Assembly (NCBI GenBank): GCA_963697335.1
Contig: CAVONQ010000011.1
Span: 32,001 to 96,000, forward strand
Length of the DNA stretch: 64,000 nucleotides
Reading direction: 5' to 3'
From: an uncultured cyanobacterium
GTDB taxonomy: Bacteria; Cyanobacteriota; Cyanobacteriia; PCC-6307; Cyanobiaceae
The notes below the pieces were generated by a model. That model was given only the letters and a program-made list of their open reading frames with translations. It was not told the DNA's origin and did no database searches. Position 1 is the stretch's first letter. The number at the start of each line of letters is the position of its first letter. Of this stretch, positions 52,758 to 61,502 are shown piece by piece. A program made the position numbers and the translations under genes.

Positions 52758-55190
52758 ATGGCTGGCGTTGTAGCTACCCAAACCTTTGCCTACTCAAACG
52801 ACATCAGTTTTGATGCTGGCGACAACAACTACAAGCTCAAAAATGATTCCAGCCTGGGTACTTTCACCCTAGAAACGTTTAGCCCCACCCTTACTGTCGG
52901 TGCTCCAGTTCGCATCAACGGTGTTGACTACATCTACAAAGGCTTCTTCCAGCCTGAGATAGACAACCAAGGTGGTCAGACAGCCACTGTTCCCTTCTTC
53001 CAAGAGGTCAGCCAGCCTGACAATTTCATTGGTCTCCAAAGCGTCCGCAAGCTCGATGGTGACACCACTGACAACCTGACCCCCAGCACAGGCACTTTCA
53101 CCCCTGTTACGTCGTTCGCTGAAACCGATATCTTCGGTTATTTCAGTGAGAGCAATCTTGATGCCGGTACCGTTGAAATCAAGGACGGCAAAAATGACGG
53201 TGGACCCTTTGATATCGACGGAGGTTATACCGTTCAAGCAGGGGTAGATCCGCTGGTGGTGGGCAGCAAGGTGCTCATCAACAACATTCAATTTACCTAT
53301 ATCGGCAATGTTCCTGTTCCGGTTAACGACACCAGCGGCTTCTTCCAGCCACAACAGTTTGTTTCATCTCCAGCCTTCACGCAGGATGGTGAAAACAATG
53401 CCAATAAGCCATTTGTTCTCTTCGACTTCGAAAAAGTCGAAACGGCAGGCAATATTGATGAACAAACGCTTCTTATAGCCAACTTTGACCTAGCACCCGA
53501 TGCGTTTGTTTCCACTCAAACCTTTGGCTACGCTAATGAAGGTAAAATCGATGGTGGCGGTTTAGTCGATCTCGGCAATGACGGCAAAACCAACGTTGGT
53601 ATTTTTGGTACCGATGGCCCCTACACGCTCCAATCCACCAGCGCAACCCTTACCGCCGGTCAAGTTGTTTATATCAACAATGTAGCCTTCACCTACATTG
53701 GAACTGTCCAGCCGCAGATCAAGGATGGCGGTGGTGCCACCACCACCATCCCCACATTCCGGCAGCTGAGCGACCCGACAGTCATCCTTGGTCTTCAGGA
53801 CGTCGAGAAACTTGAAAGCGGTGACAATCAAACCCTCAATACGGGTACATTTAGCCCGATCAATAACTCCTCGCTTCTCGGTGAGCAGGTATTCCCCTAC
53901 CTGATTGCACTTAAAGATGAGGGCGGCGGCGACTATGAGCTGGATGCAGGCAAGACTTCAGATGGAGGCTTTGAAAGTCCCTTCACGATCAAAGCCACTG
54001 ACGGCACCTTAACGCTCAATGAGCAGGTGCTCATCAATGGCCAAGCTTATACTTATCTGGGTCAACTCACTGCAACGGTCGAAGAAACTGGTGCAACGTT
54101 CCAAGTCCCTGCGTTCCGCAGGGTGGGTGAGCCTGGCAAGATCTACGCACTTTCAAATATCGAAGGTGTTGATAAGCTGGTTGAGCCCATCAGCACGACT
54201 GCTTTCACGATCGGTGATCCAGCCTCGGCCAGCATGGGGTCCTATGCTTTCTACAATGAAGTGAAAGATAACGAGGATGGAACTTACGACATTGACAAAG
54301 ATGGTAAGCAAAGTGCCAATGTGAATGCTCCGGCTGGTGCCTTCCCCTACAAGATCGATGGCTTCACGGCAGCGACAGCTGTCGGCGAGAAGGTGCTAAT
54401 CAACGAGCGTGAGTTCATCTACCTCGGCACTATTGAAGTGGCGGCTGCTGAAGGCGGTGGCACCTTTGATATGCCCATCTTCCAGGAAGTTGGCGATAGC
54501 ACCACCATCCTCGGATTCCAGAATGTTCTCAAACTTGATGATTCTGACGCCAACATCAAGGATCGCACTTTAGACCTAGATGATTACACCCCCTGCTTCA
54601 TGGCTGGGGCCATGGTCGCAACCCCGAATGGACCTGTCGCCATCGAAGATCTCAAGGTTGGTGATCTTGTCTCCACCCCTGAAGGTCCTCGGGCGGTGAA
54701 GTTTGTGGGACGTACCACCCGTCACATCCATACGCTCATGGCCCTTGGCCGTATGCCGGTCACGATTGAAGCTGGTGCCTTCGGCAACAACCTTCCTTCA
54801 GCTCCCCTGCGCTGCACCCCCAGCCATGCGTTTGCCCTGTCTGGCTTGCTGATCGAAACCCAAGCCATGATCAATGGCACTACGATCAGTCAATCCAGCC
54901 ATTGGCCAGAGGCTCTTGTCACGTACTATTCCCTTGAATTAGACAGCCACAGCCTCGTGTGGGTCAATGATGCCCTCACCGAAACCTATTATCCCAACGT
55001 GCGTGGTGCCGGCTTCACCCGTGAGCTCTGGAACAACTATGAGGATTACCTCAGCCTTTACGTCAATGAGCAGCCCTTGGCTGAGCTCGAGATGGTTCGA
55101 GTTCCGTTCAGCCGTCAACTTCCTGCCGACGTGCGTGCTGCTCTGGGGATCCCATCCACAGAAACACCTAGCCTTAGCCTCGTTGACTAA
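52758..55190 (+). CDS. Large repeat protein with a C-terminal Hint (Hedgehog/intein, Hint_2/BIL-type) domain
   Basis: Five ~120-aa repeats, then P-CFMAGAMVATPNG..AIEDLKVGDLV (block A), TPSH (block B), TYY.LELD.H, TETY, and a ~65-aa tail; alternative ATG at 52731. Confidence 0.88.
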   Translation: MAGVVATQTFAYSNDISFDAGDNNYKLKNDSSLGTFTLETFSPTLTVGAPVRINGVDYIYKGFFQPEIDNQGGQTATVPFFQEVSQPDNFIGLQSVRKLDGDTTDNLTPSTGTFTPVTSFAETDIFGYFSESNLDAGTVEIKDGKNDGGPFDIDGGYTVQAGVDPLVVGSKVLINNIQFTYIGNVPVPVNDTSGFFQPQQFVSSPAFTQDGENNANKPFVLFDFEKVETAGNIDEQTLLIANFDLAPDAFVSTQTFGYANEGKIDGGGLVDLGNDGKTNVGIFGTDGPYTLQSTSATLTAGQVVYINNVAFTYIGTVQPQIKDGGGATTTIPTFRQLSDPTVILGLQDVEKLESGDNQTLNTGTFSPINNSSLLGEQVFPYLIALKDEGGGDYELDAGKTSDGGFESPFTIKATDGTLTLNEQVLINGQAYTYLGQLTATVEETGATFQVPAFRRVGEPGKIYALSNIEGVDKLVEPISTTAFTIGDPASASMGSYAFYNEVKDNEDGTYDIDKDGKQSANVNAPAGAFPYKIDGFTAATAVGEKVLINEREFIYLGTIEVAAAEGGGTFDMPIFQEVGDSTTILGFQNVLKLDDSDANIKDRTLDLDDYTPCFMAGAMVATPNGPVAIEDLKVGDLVSTPEGPRAVKFVGRTTRHIHTLMALGRMPVTIEAGAFGNNLPSAPLRCTPSHAFALSGLLIETQAMINGTTISQSSHWPEALVTYYSLELDSHSLVWVNDALTETYYPNVRGAGFTRELWNNYEDYLSLYVNEQPLAELEMVRVPFSRQLPADVRAALGIPSTETPSLSLVD
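52773..54593 (+). repeat. Five diverged tandem protein-level repeats (115-130 aa each)
   Basis: Cores LTVGAPVRINGVDYIYKG / LVVGSKVLINNIQFTYIG / LTAGQVVYINNVAFTYIG / LTLNEQVLINGQAYTYLG / TAVGEKVLINEREFIYLG, each followed by P.F. Confidence 0.85.
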
Positions 55191-55210
55191 TCCCATCTGA
55201 TCATTTCTAT

Positions 55211-55239
55211 AAGCCCGTACTTAGCGTACGGGCTTTTTT
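55211..55239 (+). terminator. Strong Rho-independent terminator of the Hint-protein gene
   Basis: aagcccgtac-ttagc-gtacgggctt perfect 10-bp stem followed by tttt. Confidence 0.92.
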
Positions 55240-55392
55240 ATTGCCCATGGCATCCTTTTCGCATGGCCGTATTCTGGGCCACCATGTCTTGGCTGGCTCC
55301 TTCTCGATCCAGCTGCTAATGCTCAAGACCCTCCGTCAGGGTGTGGCATCTTTTGGCGTCTACTGAGCTAGAATAATAGGTAGAAAACTATA

Positions 55393-56232
55393 GTGCTTGG
55401 CTGCGTGGGCAAGGTCGGTAAACAGGCTCGAGGATTCTCTGCGCCCCAGCCCAGACTCTCCAAACCCCTACGACGAAACTCAACCCCTCGTGCAGCAGCA
55501 TTGCATCGCCAGGCTCTGTCACTCATTGGCCAGAGCAAACTTGTTGAGGCAGAAAAGATTTATAGGGGTCTGATTTCTGATGGCACCATCCACCAGGATG
55601 GCTACTTCAATCTGGCGGCCATTTGCGGCACCACGGGCAGGTATGAGGAGGCCATGGCGCTACTGCGTCATACTCTGGAGCTGCAGCCAGATCTTGCCGA
55701 GGCTCACTACAACCTGGGCAAGGCGCTACAGGCCCAGGGTGACTCTACAGCGGCAATCACCTCCTACCGCGCGGCGATCAAGTTTAAGCCTGACTACTCA
55801 GAGGCTCATCATGCCCTCGGCACATTGATGTTAAGTCTTGGTCATTTGCTCACCGCGGTGACTAGCTTTACCAAGGCCCTTGAGCTTGCGCCATCAATGC
55901 TTGAGGCTCACGTGAATCTTGCTGCTGCCTATGCATCCCTTGGAGATCGAGAAGCAGCTCTGAGGAGCAATACCAACGCCCTAGGACTTAACCCGGATCT
56001 CAGCTACGTTTACATCAGTATGATCCAGCTTTATCTTCAAGATGGCGCCCAGGATGAAGCGCGATCTCTGGCTGTCAAGGCTTTAGGTAAATTTGGTGAC
56101 TCGCTCTCTTTCCTGTCTGAGATATCCGTTTTTGGTTCGGGCTTTGCAGCAGCCGTGTTTGGTTGTGCAGACTTATGCGGAGAGGGAAGCCCTGATCAGC
56201 CGAAGCTCGAAGAAAAGAGTCTGCTTCAGTGA
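55393..56232 (+). CDS. Tetratricopeptide repeat protein
   Basis: Consecutive TPRs (AEAHYNLGKALQAQG, SEAHHALG, EAHVNLA.AY..LG); no C-terminal catalytic domain evident. Confidence 0.88.
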   Translation: MLGCVGKVGKQARGFSAPQPRLSKPLRRNSTPRAAALHRQALSLIGQSKLVEAEKIYRGLISDGTIHQDGYFNLAAICGTTGRYEEAMALLRHTLELQPDLAEAHYNLGKALQAQGDSTAAITSYRAAIKFKPDYSEAHHALGTLMLSLGHLLTAVTSFTKALELAPSMLEAHVNLAAAYASLGDREAALRSNTNALGLNPDLSYVYISMIQLYLQDGAQDEARSLAVKALGKFGDSLSFLSEISVFGSGFAAAVFGCADLCGEGSPDQPKLEEKSLLQ

Positions 56233-57234
56233 AGATGCTGCGTAGCTCGTCTCGCTCTGCAACGTATTCACCAGCTTTTCGCGTGCCACTATGTTCATCG
56301 TCTGAACTTCATGGATTAACTGGGCACTCGCTTGCCGGCTTATCCCATGGCATTCCAAGGTGGATTGAAAGTATTCGCGGGGCAGTTTGCTGGAAATACT
56401 GCCAATCGGTAACGACTGAATCGTAAGGACATCTTCTTTCCTTGTTGCATTCTTCTGTTTGTCGCCAGCTTCGGCGCCACCCTGTTTGCCAACCGTATGC
56501 AAGATAATGCTCGAAGATGGAATCTTGCGTGTAAATGGAAACGAGTAACAGGCGACCTCCTTGCTGCAAAACCCATATGTTCTCCACTGAGCAAGTGGAC
56601 CCTTAAGCAAATTATAACGATGCAGAAACTCTTGTCCATGCATGAGGGATTCCTGTGTTTCCACCCCCTGTTCGGTGGTTCTGAAGCGTGAGGCGAAGCT
56701 GCTGTGGTTGATCAGGTCCCAGATAGGAGCTAGAACAGGGATGTTCTTATGCCTCACAGAACGCCTGGCTTTGTAGAATTGAAAAACCTCTGTCTCCGTC
56801 GGTTTTGTGTTCAGTGTGCGCTCATCAACGATTCCAAGCTTCATCAGCAATGACTTGGCATGCAATGGTAGCAGCCGTAACTCTTCATGAAAGCTGCTGA
56901 GTTCCTGCTGCCCAGATTGTTCGTAGAACAGAGCTTGATAGTAATCCTCAATGAATTGCCTGTGATCACGATTCGGCATGGCGTCCCCATTCACCTCAAC
57001 CTTGCCTGAGCCTGCCGTCACAGCAGCGCTTGGGCTGAGTAAGTTCATCGGGCACTTGACCATCGCTTCCGAGCTGCTTTCAACATAAAACAGGCCCCTG
57101 CCATGTGCTCCTTCGTCGAGCCTGAGATTCTCGATGGTGCCTCCCAGTGCTTTGAAGTCTTTGGCAAGATCTCTCCATTGATCGCGATAATCCGAGTCCA
57201 CCAATGCGCCCAAGCCTCCCCAAAATACTAGCAT
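56173..57234 (-). CDS. SET-domain protein (Rubisco-LSMT/SETD3-like signature), putative protein methyltransferase
   Basis: HGRGLF, P..LL, LAPIWDLINHS, GQEFLHRY, YGF motifs in SET order; start uncertain (57201/57234/57312). Confidence 0.65.
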   Translation of the reverse strand: MLVFWGGLGALVDSDYRDQWRDLAKDFKALGGTIENLRLDEGAHGRGLFYVESSSEAMVKCPMNLLSPSAAVTAGSGKVEVNGDAMPNRDHRQFIEDYYQALFYEQSGQQELSSFHEELRLLPLHAKSLLMKLGIVDERTLNTKPTETEVFQFYKARRSVRHKNIPVLAPIWDLINHSSFASRFRTTEQGVETQESLMHGQEFLHRYNLLKGPLAQWRTYGFCSKEVACYSFPFTRKIPSSSIILHTVGKQGGAEAGDKQKNATRKEDVLTIQSLPIGSISSKLPREYFQSTLECHGISRQASAQLIHEVQTMNIVAREKLVNTLQSETSYAASSLKQTLFFELRLIRASLSA

Positions 57235-57473
57235 GAAGTGTGTAATAGCAAAAGGCAAACCCTGCGCCGCTATGGTCTGTCCGAGGGGGCTGAATCTGAA
57301 GTACGCTCCCATCCCCTAAGGCCTTGGAGACAATCAGACCCATTTGCCTTGCCCTTATCTTTGGGAATGGCTCGAGAATCTGTCCTGCCGAAGCCAGCTC
57401 GGTGATGACAGACTTTCGCTGCAGTCTGGAGATGAGGCCTTGCCGGGATCCCCTCTCCCAATGCCCCAATCCC

Positions 57474-58688
57474 TCAGAGGGGAAGCGATGTCCAGAACTT
57501 TTCAAGGTCGGTGATGAAGGTGCCGGGGCGATAGCGCTGCCACAGTTTCTTCAGCGCCGATCGACGCCGTTCCAGCAGCGCCGGTTTGCTGGCCCAGGTG
57601 CGGCACCGCTGCGGGATGTTCCGTACTCCAGTTGGCGTATCGCGCAGAAAAAACACGGCCTCATCCCAGAGCTCCCGTGGCCCCGGCGGCACCCAGGTGT
57701 CAGAGAGCACCACTGGGATGGCCCCGCTGCCAATCGCTTCCCAGAGCCTGATCGTGTTGGGTCCGGTGCCGGAAGGACACAGGCAGAACACCGAGCGCTT
57801 GAGGCTGTCGATGTAGAGCTGCCGCAGGTGTTCCGGGCCCGTGCCCTGGGCCCGGGGGTCGCTGGGCTTGATCGAGCCGCTGATCTGCACCCCGTAGACC
57901 AGATCGTCATAGAACCAGTTGTCGTTGCCGATGATCAGGGCATCGCTGCAGTGGGCCAGCTCGCTGATGATCAGGTTGCGGTTCTTGGTGAGGTAGTGGG
58001 GTTTGGCCCTGGCGCCGATGAACGAAAACAGGATCGTTCGTTCCGGATCGTCTGGTCCAGGCCGGTGCCACTGCACTGGATACAGAGGGAAGGGATGCAG
58101 GCGAATGCCCGCCAGGTCGTTGTCGGCGGTGGTGTGGGGCCAGAAGATGTCGGTGATGCCCGCCCTCTTCAGGATCCAGGTGTGCTTGGAGAGGTACACC
58201 TGCTGGCACACGGTGATGCGCCGCTGCCGCCCTTCGCAGGCCTCGGTGATGGCGTCCAGGGCACTGAGCAGCCCATTCACCTTCGGGTTGCCCTTGTTGA
58301 GATGGTCGATCAGGGTGGCCCAGGGAAAGCCGATGTACACAGCTCCTGGTCGTGGTTTCAGCGCTTGCCGGGCACGACTGAAGGCATGGCGTTCCGTCAC
58401 CGCTGGGAACTGCCACTCGCCATTGAAGGCCACCACGGCCTTCTCCTTGATCAGCCTCCCCTCCAGGCCTGGAACAACCTCGTGCTGGCCTGGTTGCCTG
58501 GTGACAGCGGTGGCCGCCCCCTCTGGCTTCTTCGTGCTCGCCTGCTTGGCGTCGGGTCGTTGCGCGGCTGGCTTGGCGGCGGGTTTGCGGGAAGCCGGTT
58601 GGCTACCAGCGGGCTTGTCGGGCTTGGCTTGTCGTCGCTCAGGCTGATTGGCGGGGCTCAAGGGGCATGAATCCTGGACCCATCGCAC
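57474..58688 (-). CDS. Exostosin-family (GT47-like) glycosyltransferase
   Basis: LFSFIGA, Y..SL.RSVFCLCPSGTGPNTIRLWEAI..GAIPVVLSD; K/P/A-rich N-terminal leader, start uncertain. Confidence 0.85.
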   Translation of the reverse strand: MRWVQDSCPLSPANQPERRQAKPDKPAGSQPASRKPAAKPAAQRPDAKQASTKKPEGAATAVTRQPGQHEVVPGLEGRLIKEKAVVAFNGEWQFPAVTERHAFSRARQALKPRPGAVYIGFPWATLIDHLNKGNPKVNGLLSALDAITEACEGRQRRITVCQQVYLSKHTWILKRAGITDIFWPHTTADNDLAGIRLHPFPLYPVQWHRPGPDDPERTILFSFIGARAKPHYLTKNRNLIISELAHCSDALIIGNDNWFYDDLVYGVQISGSIKPSDPRAQGTGPEHLRQLYIDSLKRSVFCLCPSGTGPNTIRLWEAIGSGAIPVVLSDTWVPPGPRELWDEAVFFLRDTPTGVRNIPQRCRTWASKPALLERRRSALKKLWQRYRPGTFITDLEKFWTSLPL

Positions 58689-58811
58689 TCTCCCACAGGC
58701 TGAAGGAGGTCCTGCGCAGCTCTCCTAACGTTCTGAGCAATCAAGAGATCCTCCCTGCCTGAGCCCACGCCCGCCGCCGGCGACTCCCGTGCCGCCCTGC
58801 TGCTACAGCCG

Positions 58812-59852
58812 ATGGACGGCACGGTGTGTCCCCCCTGGCCCGGTGGCCGCTGGCCCTGGTGGGGCGCCGATCTGCAGACCCTGCGGGACACCCTGCGCCC
58901 CGTGCGGCTGCCTGACGCTGGCGCCACTCCGCTGCACTTTGCGCTGGACCCCTCCCCTGCTGGCTCCGGGTTGGATGCAGGCAAGGTGGCTGAGGCTCTG
59001 CTGGGTCTGCACCTGCCGCCGAGCCAGGGCACGGGAGCCGTGGCGGGAACGGTGGTGGTGCTCCACGGCCTGGGGGGCAGCAGCGAAGCGCTGGGGGTGC
59101 GGCGGCTGGGGCTGGCCCTGGCCCGGGGCGGCTTCGGTGTGCTGCGCCTCAATCTGCGCGGGGCGGGGCCCGGGCGGCCCTGGGCAGCGGGCACCTATGC
59201 GGCCACCTGTAACCGCGATGTCTTGCCGGTGCTGCGCCAGATCAAAGCCCTGGCGGCGCCGGCACCGCTGCTGGCCGTGGGGCTGTCGTTGGGGGGCACG
59301 GTGTTGCTGAATGCCGCCCTGGCCGAGCCCGAGCTGCTGGCCGGCCTGGTCTGCGTCAGCAGCCCCCTGGATCTGGCGGCCAGCTCGGCCCAGATCGATC
59401 GACCTCCGCAACCGCCTCTACCAGCGCTGGTTGCTGCGCCGCCTGATCAGCCTCACCCTGGCCGACCCCTTCGGCCTCGACAGGCTGAGCAGCGGCAGCG
59501 ACTGCAGGGCGCCGCCGCTCCCCGCTCCATCCGCGCCTTTGACGCCGCCGTCACGGCGCCCCGCTGGGGCTACGCCAGCGCCGAGGCCTACTACCGCGAC
59601 GCCTCCCCGCTGCAGCGGCTGCTGGCGGGTGCGCCCCTGCCGCCCACCCTGCTGGTGCACTCCCTGGATGATCCCTGGGTGCCCGCCACGGCCACCCAGC
59701 AGCTGGCTGCCGCCGCTCCAGCGTCTTCTGCTGCAGAGGTGGTGTTGACGGCGGGGGGCGGCCACAATGGCTTCCATGGCCGCGGCGATGGCCCTTTGGC
59801 CACCTGGGCCGATCAGCTCACGCTGGGCTGGCTGCAGCAGCTGCTGAACTGA
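58812..59852 (+). CDS. YheT-like alpha/beta hydrolase with an apparent pair of compensating frameshifts (~59406-59482)
   Basis: DLQTL, LHGLGGS, NLRGAG, GLSLGG, YY..ASP, DDPWVP, GGHNGF. Confidence 0.85.
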   Translation: MDGTVCPPWPGGRWPWWGADLQTLRDTLRPVRLPDAGATPLHFALDPSPAGSGLDAGKVAEALLGLHLPPSQGTGAVAGTVVVLHGLGGSSEALGVRRLGLALARGGFGVLRLNLRGAGPGRPWAAGTYAATCNRDVLPVLRQIKALAAPAPLLAVGLSLGGTVLLNAALAEPELLAGLVCVSSPLDLAASSAQIDRPPQPPLPALVAAPPDQPHPGRPLRPRQAEQRQRLQGAAAPRSIRAFDAAVTAPRWGYASAEAYYRDASPLQRLLAGAPLPPTLLVHSLDDPWVPATATQQLAAAAPASSAAEVVLTAGGGHNGFHGRGDGPLATWADQLTLGWLQQLLN

Positions 59853-60192
59853 AGGGCTGGCGCCGCAGGATCCAGGCCTCGATCGGCACGCCCCCCACCA
59901 CGTGCTCCCGCACGATCCGCTCGATCCGCTCCGGCGTGACGGCCCCATACACAATCCCCGCCGGCCAGAGCAGCAGGATCGGCCCTTCGCTGCAGATGCG
60001 CAGGCAGTCGGCCTTGGTGCGCAGCACGATGCCGCCGGGGCGGGCCGGATCCTCCAGGCCCAGCTCCCGCACCAGCCGTTTGAGCGTGTCCCAGCTGGCG
60101 GCACCGAGGGCGGGATCGGGGCAGCAGAGCGCCTTGGTGGGGGTGGCGCAGAGCAGCAGGTGATGGGCGATCGGGGCTTGGGCCACGGGCAT
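59818..60192 (-). CDS. Thioredoxin-like (2Fe-2S) ferredoxin
   Basis: HLLLC...CC, RTKADCLRIC..GP, WP.GIVY, RIV.EH. Confidence 0.88.
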   Translation of the reverse strand: MPVAQAPIAHHLLLCATPTKALCCPDPALGAASWDTLKRLVRELGLEDPARPGGIVLRTKADCLRICSEGPILLLWPAGIVYGAVTPERIERIVREHVVGGVPIEAWILRRQPFSSAAAAASPA

Positions 60193-60200
60193 GGCAGCGA

Positions 60201-61451
60201 TCAGGCGGGCAGGGCGGCGGGGGTGCGGGCGCTGAGCTGGGCGGCGGCCTCGCGCACCGCCTGGCGGGCCCAGGCGTCGATCGCCAGCACGTCGTCCAGG
60301 GACGGCTTGGCTGTGAGGTCGGCCCGGTGGCGGTCACACACCCGCTCGATCAGGCGCGGAATGTCGAGGAAATGCACCTGCTCCTCGAGGAACAGGGCCA
60401 CGGCCTGCTCGTTGGCGGCGTTCATCACGGCCGGCATCGTGCCGCCGGCCCGGCCGGCGGCGTAGGCCAGGGCCATGCAGGGGTATTTGGCGGGGTCGGG
60501 GGCCCGGAAGCTGAGCTGGCCCACCTCCGTGAGGTCGAGGCGGCGCCAGGGGGTCTCCAGCCGGCCCGGCCAGCTGAGGCAGTAGAGGAGCGGCAATTTC
60601 ATGTCTGGCCAGCCCAGCTGGGCCAGCACCGAGGAATCGGCCAGCTCCACCATCGAGTGGATGATCGATTGCGGGTGGATCACGATCTCGATGTGGTCGT
60701 AGTCGAGCCCGAACAGGTAGTGGGCCTCGATCACCTCCAGGCCCTTGTTCATCAGCGAGGCCGAATCCACCGTGATCTTGCGGCCCATGCTCCAGTTGGG
60801 GTGGCTGGTGGCATCGGCCACGGTGGCCCGGGCCAGGTCGGCGGCGGGCCAGTCGCGGAAGGCGCCGCCGCTGGCGGTGAGCTGGATGCGGCGCAGGCCC
60901 GGGGTGGGCACGCCGGTGGAGAGGCGGGCGGTGTCGGCCCAGGGGGTGCCCTGCAGGCACTGGAAGATGGCGGAGTGCTCGGAATCGGCCGGCAGCAGTC
61001 GGCTGCCGGATTTGGCCAGCTCCGGCAGCACCACCGGTCCGGCGGCGATCAGGGTTTCCTTGTTGGCCAGGGCCAGGTCCTTGCCGGCGCGGACCGCCGC
61101 CAGGGTGGGCAGCAGGCCGGCGCAGCCCACGATGCCGGTCACCACCAGGTCGGCGCTGGGCCAGGCGGCCACGGCGCAGAGGCCGTCGAGCCCCCCCAGC
61201 AGCTCGGGCAGCCGCGCCGGCTGGCGGGCCGGATCCAGGGCCGCCAGGCGCTGGCGCAGCTCCGCCACCCGCTCGCCATCGGCCAGGGCCACCGCCTCGG
61301 GCGCATGGCGCAGGATCTGCTCCAGCAGCAGGTCGAGGTTGTTGCCGGCGCTGAGGGCCACCACCTTGAAGCGGTCGGGAAACTCGCAGGCCAGCTGCAG
61401 CGTCTGGGTGCCGATCGAGCCGGTGGACCCCAGCACGCTGATGGCTTTCAC
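60201..61451 (-). CDS. dxr: 1-deoxy-D-xylulose 5-phosphate reductoisomerase
   Basis: [52 protein letters not shown]. Confidence 0.98.
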   Translation of the reverse strand: MKAISVLGSTGSIGTQTLQLACEFPDRFKVVALSAGNNLDLLLEQILRHAPEAVALADGERVAELRQRLAALDPARQPARLPELLGGLDGLCAVAAWPSADLVVTGIVGCAGLLPTLAAVRAGKDLALANKETLIAAGPVVLPELAKSGSRLLPADSEHSAIFQCLQGTPWADTARLSTGVPTPGLRRIQLTASGGAFRDWPAADLARATVADATSHPNWSMGRKITVDSASLMNKGLEVIEAHYLFGLDYDHIEIVIHPQSIIHSMVELADSSVLAQLGWPDMKLPLLYCLSWPGRLETPWRRLDLTEVGQLSFRAPDPAKYPCMALAYAAGRAGGTMPAVMNAANEQAVALFLEEQVHFLDIPRLIERVCDRHRADLTAKPSLDDVLAIDAWARQAVREAAAQLSARTPAALPA

Positions 61452-61502
61452 GGCAGGGCTCCCTAAGGTTGCGGCGCTCCAAGTGTCCCACTGATTCCCC
61501 CC

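Larger units (their letters stand above)
48653..58700. other. Lower-GC accessory cell-surface island between pntB and the YheT-like hydrolase
   Basis: Visible loss of the G/C-ending codon bias from ~49.4 kb to ~57.5 kb; contains only glycosyl/sulfo/methyl-transferase-like, TPR and Hint genes; no integrase, transposase or tRNA seen. Confidence 0.8.

Noticed and set aside
54594..54986. Hint domain as a classical intein or mobile element
   Set aside because: No homing endonuclease, no terminal His-Asn, and it is not inserted in a conserved host protein
48653..58700. Island as a prophage, ICE or transposon
   Set aside because: No integrase, transposase, phage genes, tRNA target or flanking direct repeats seen
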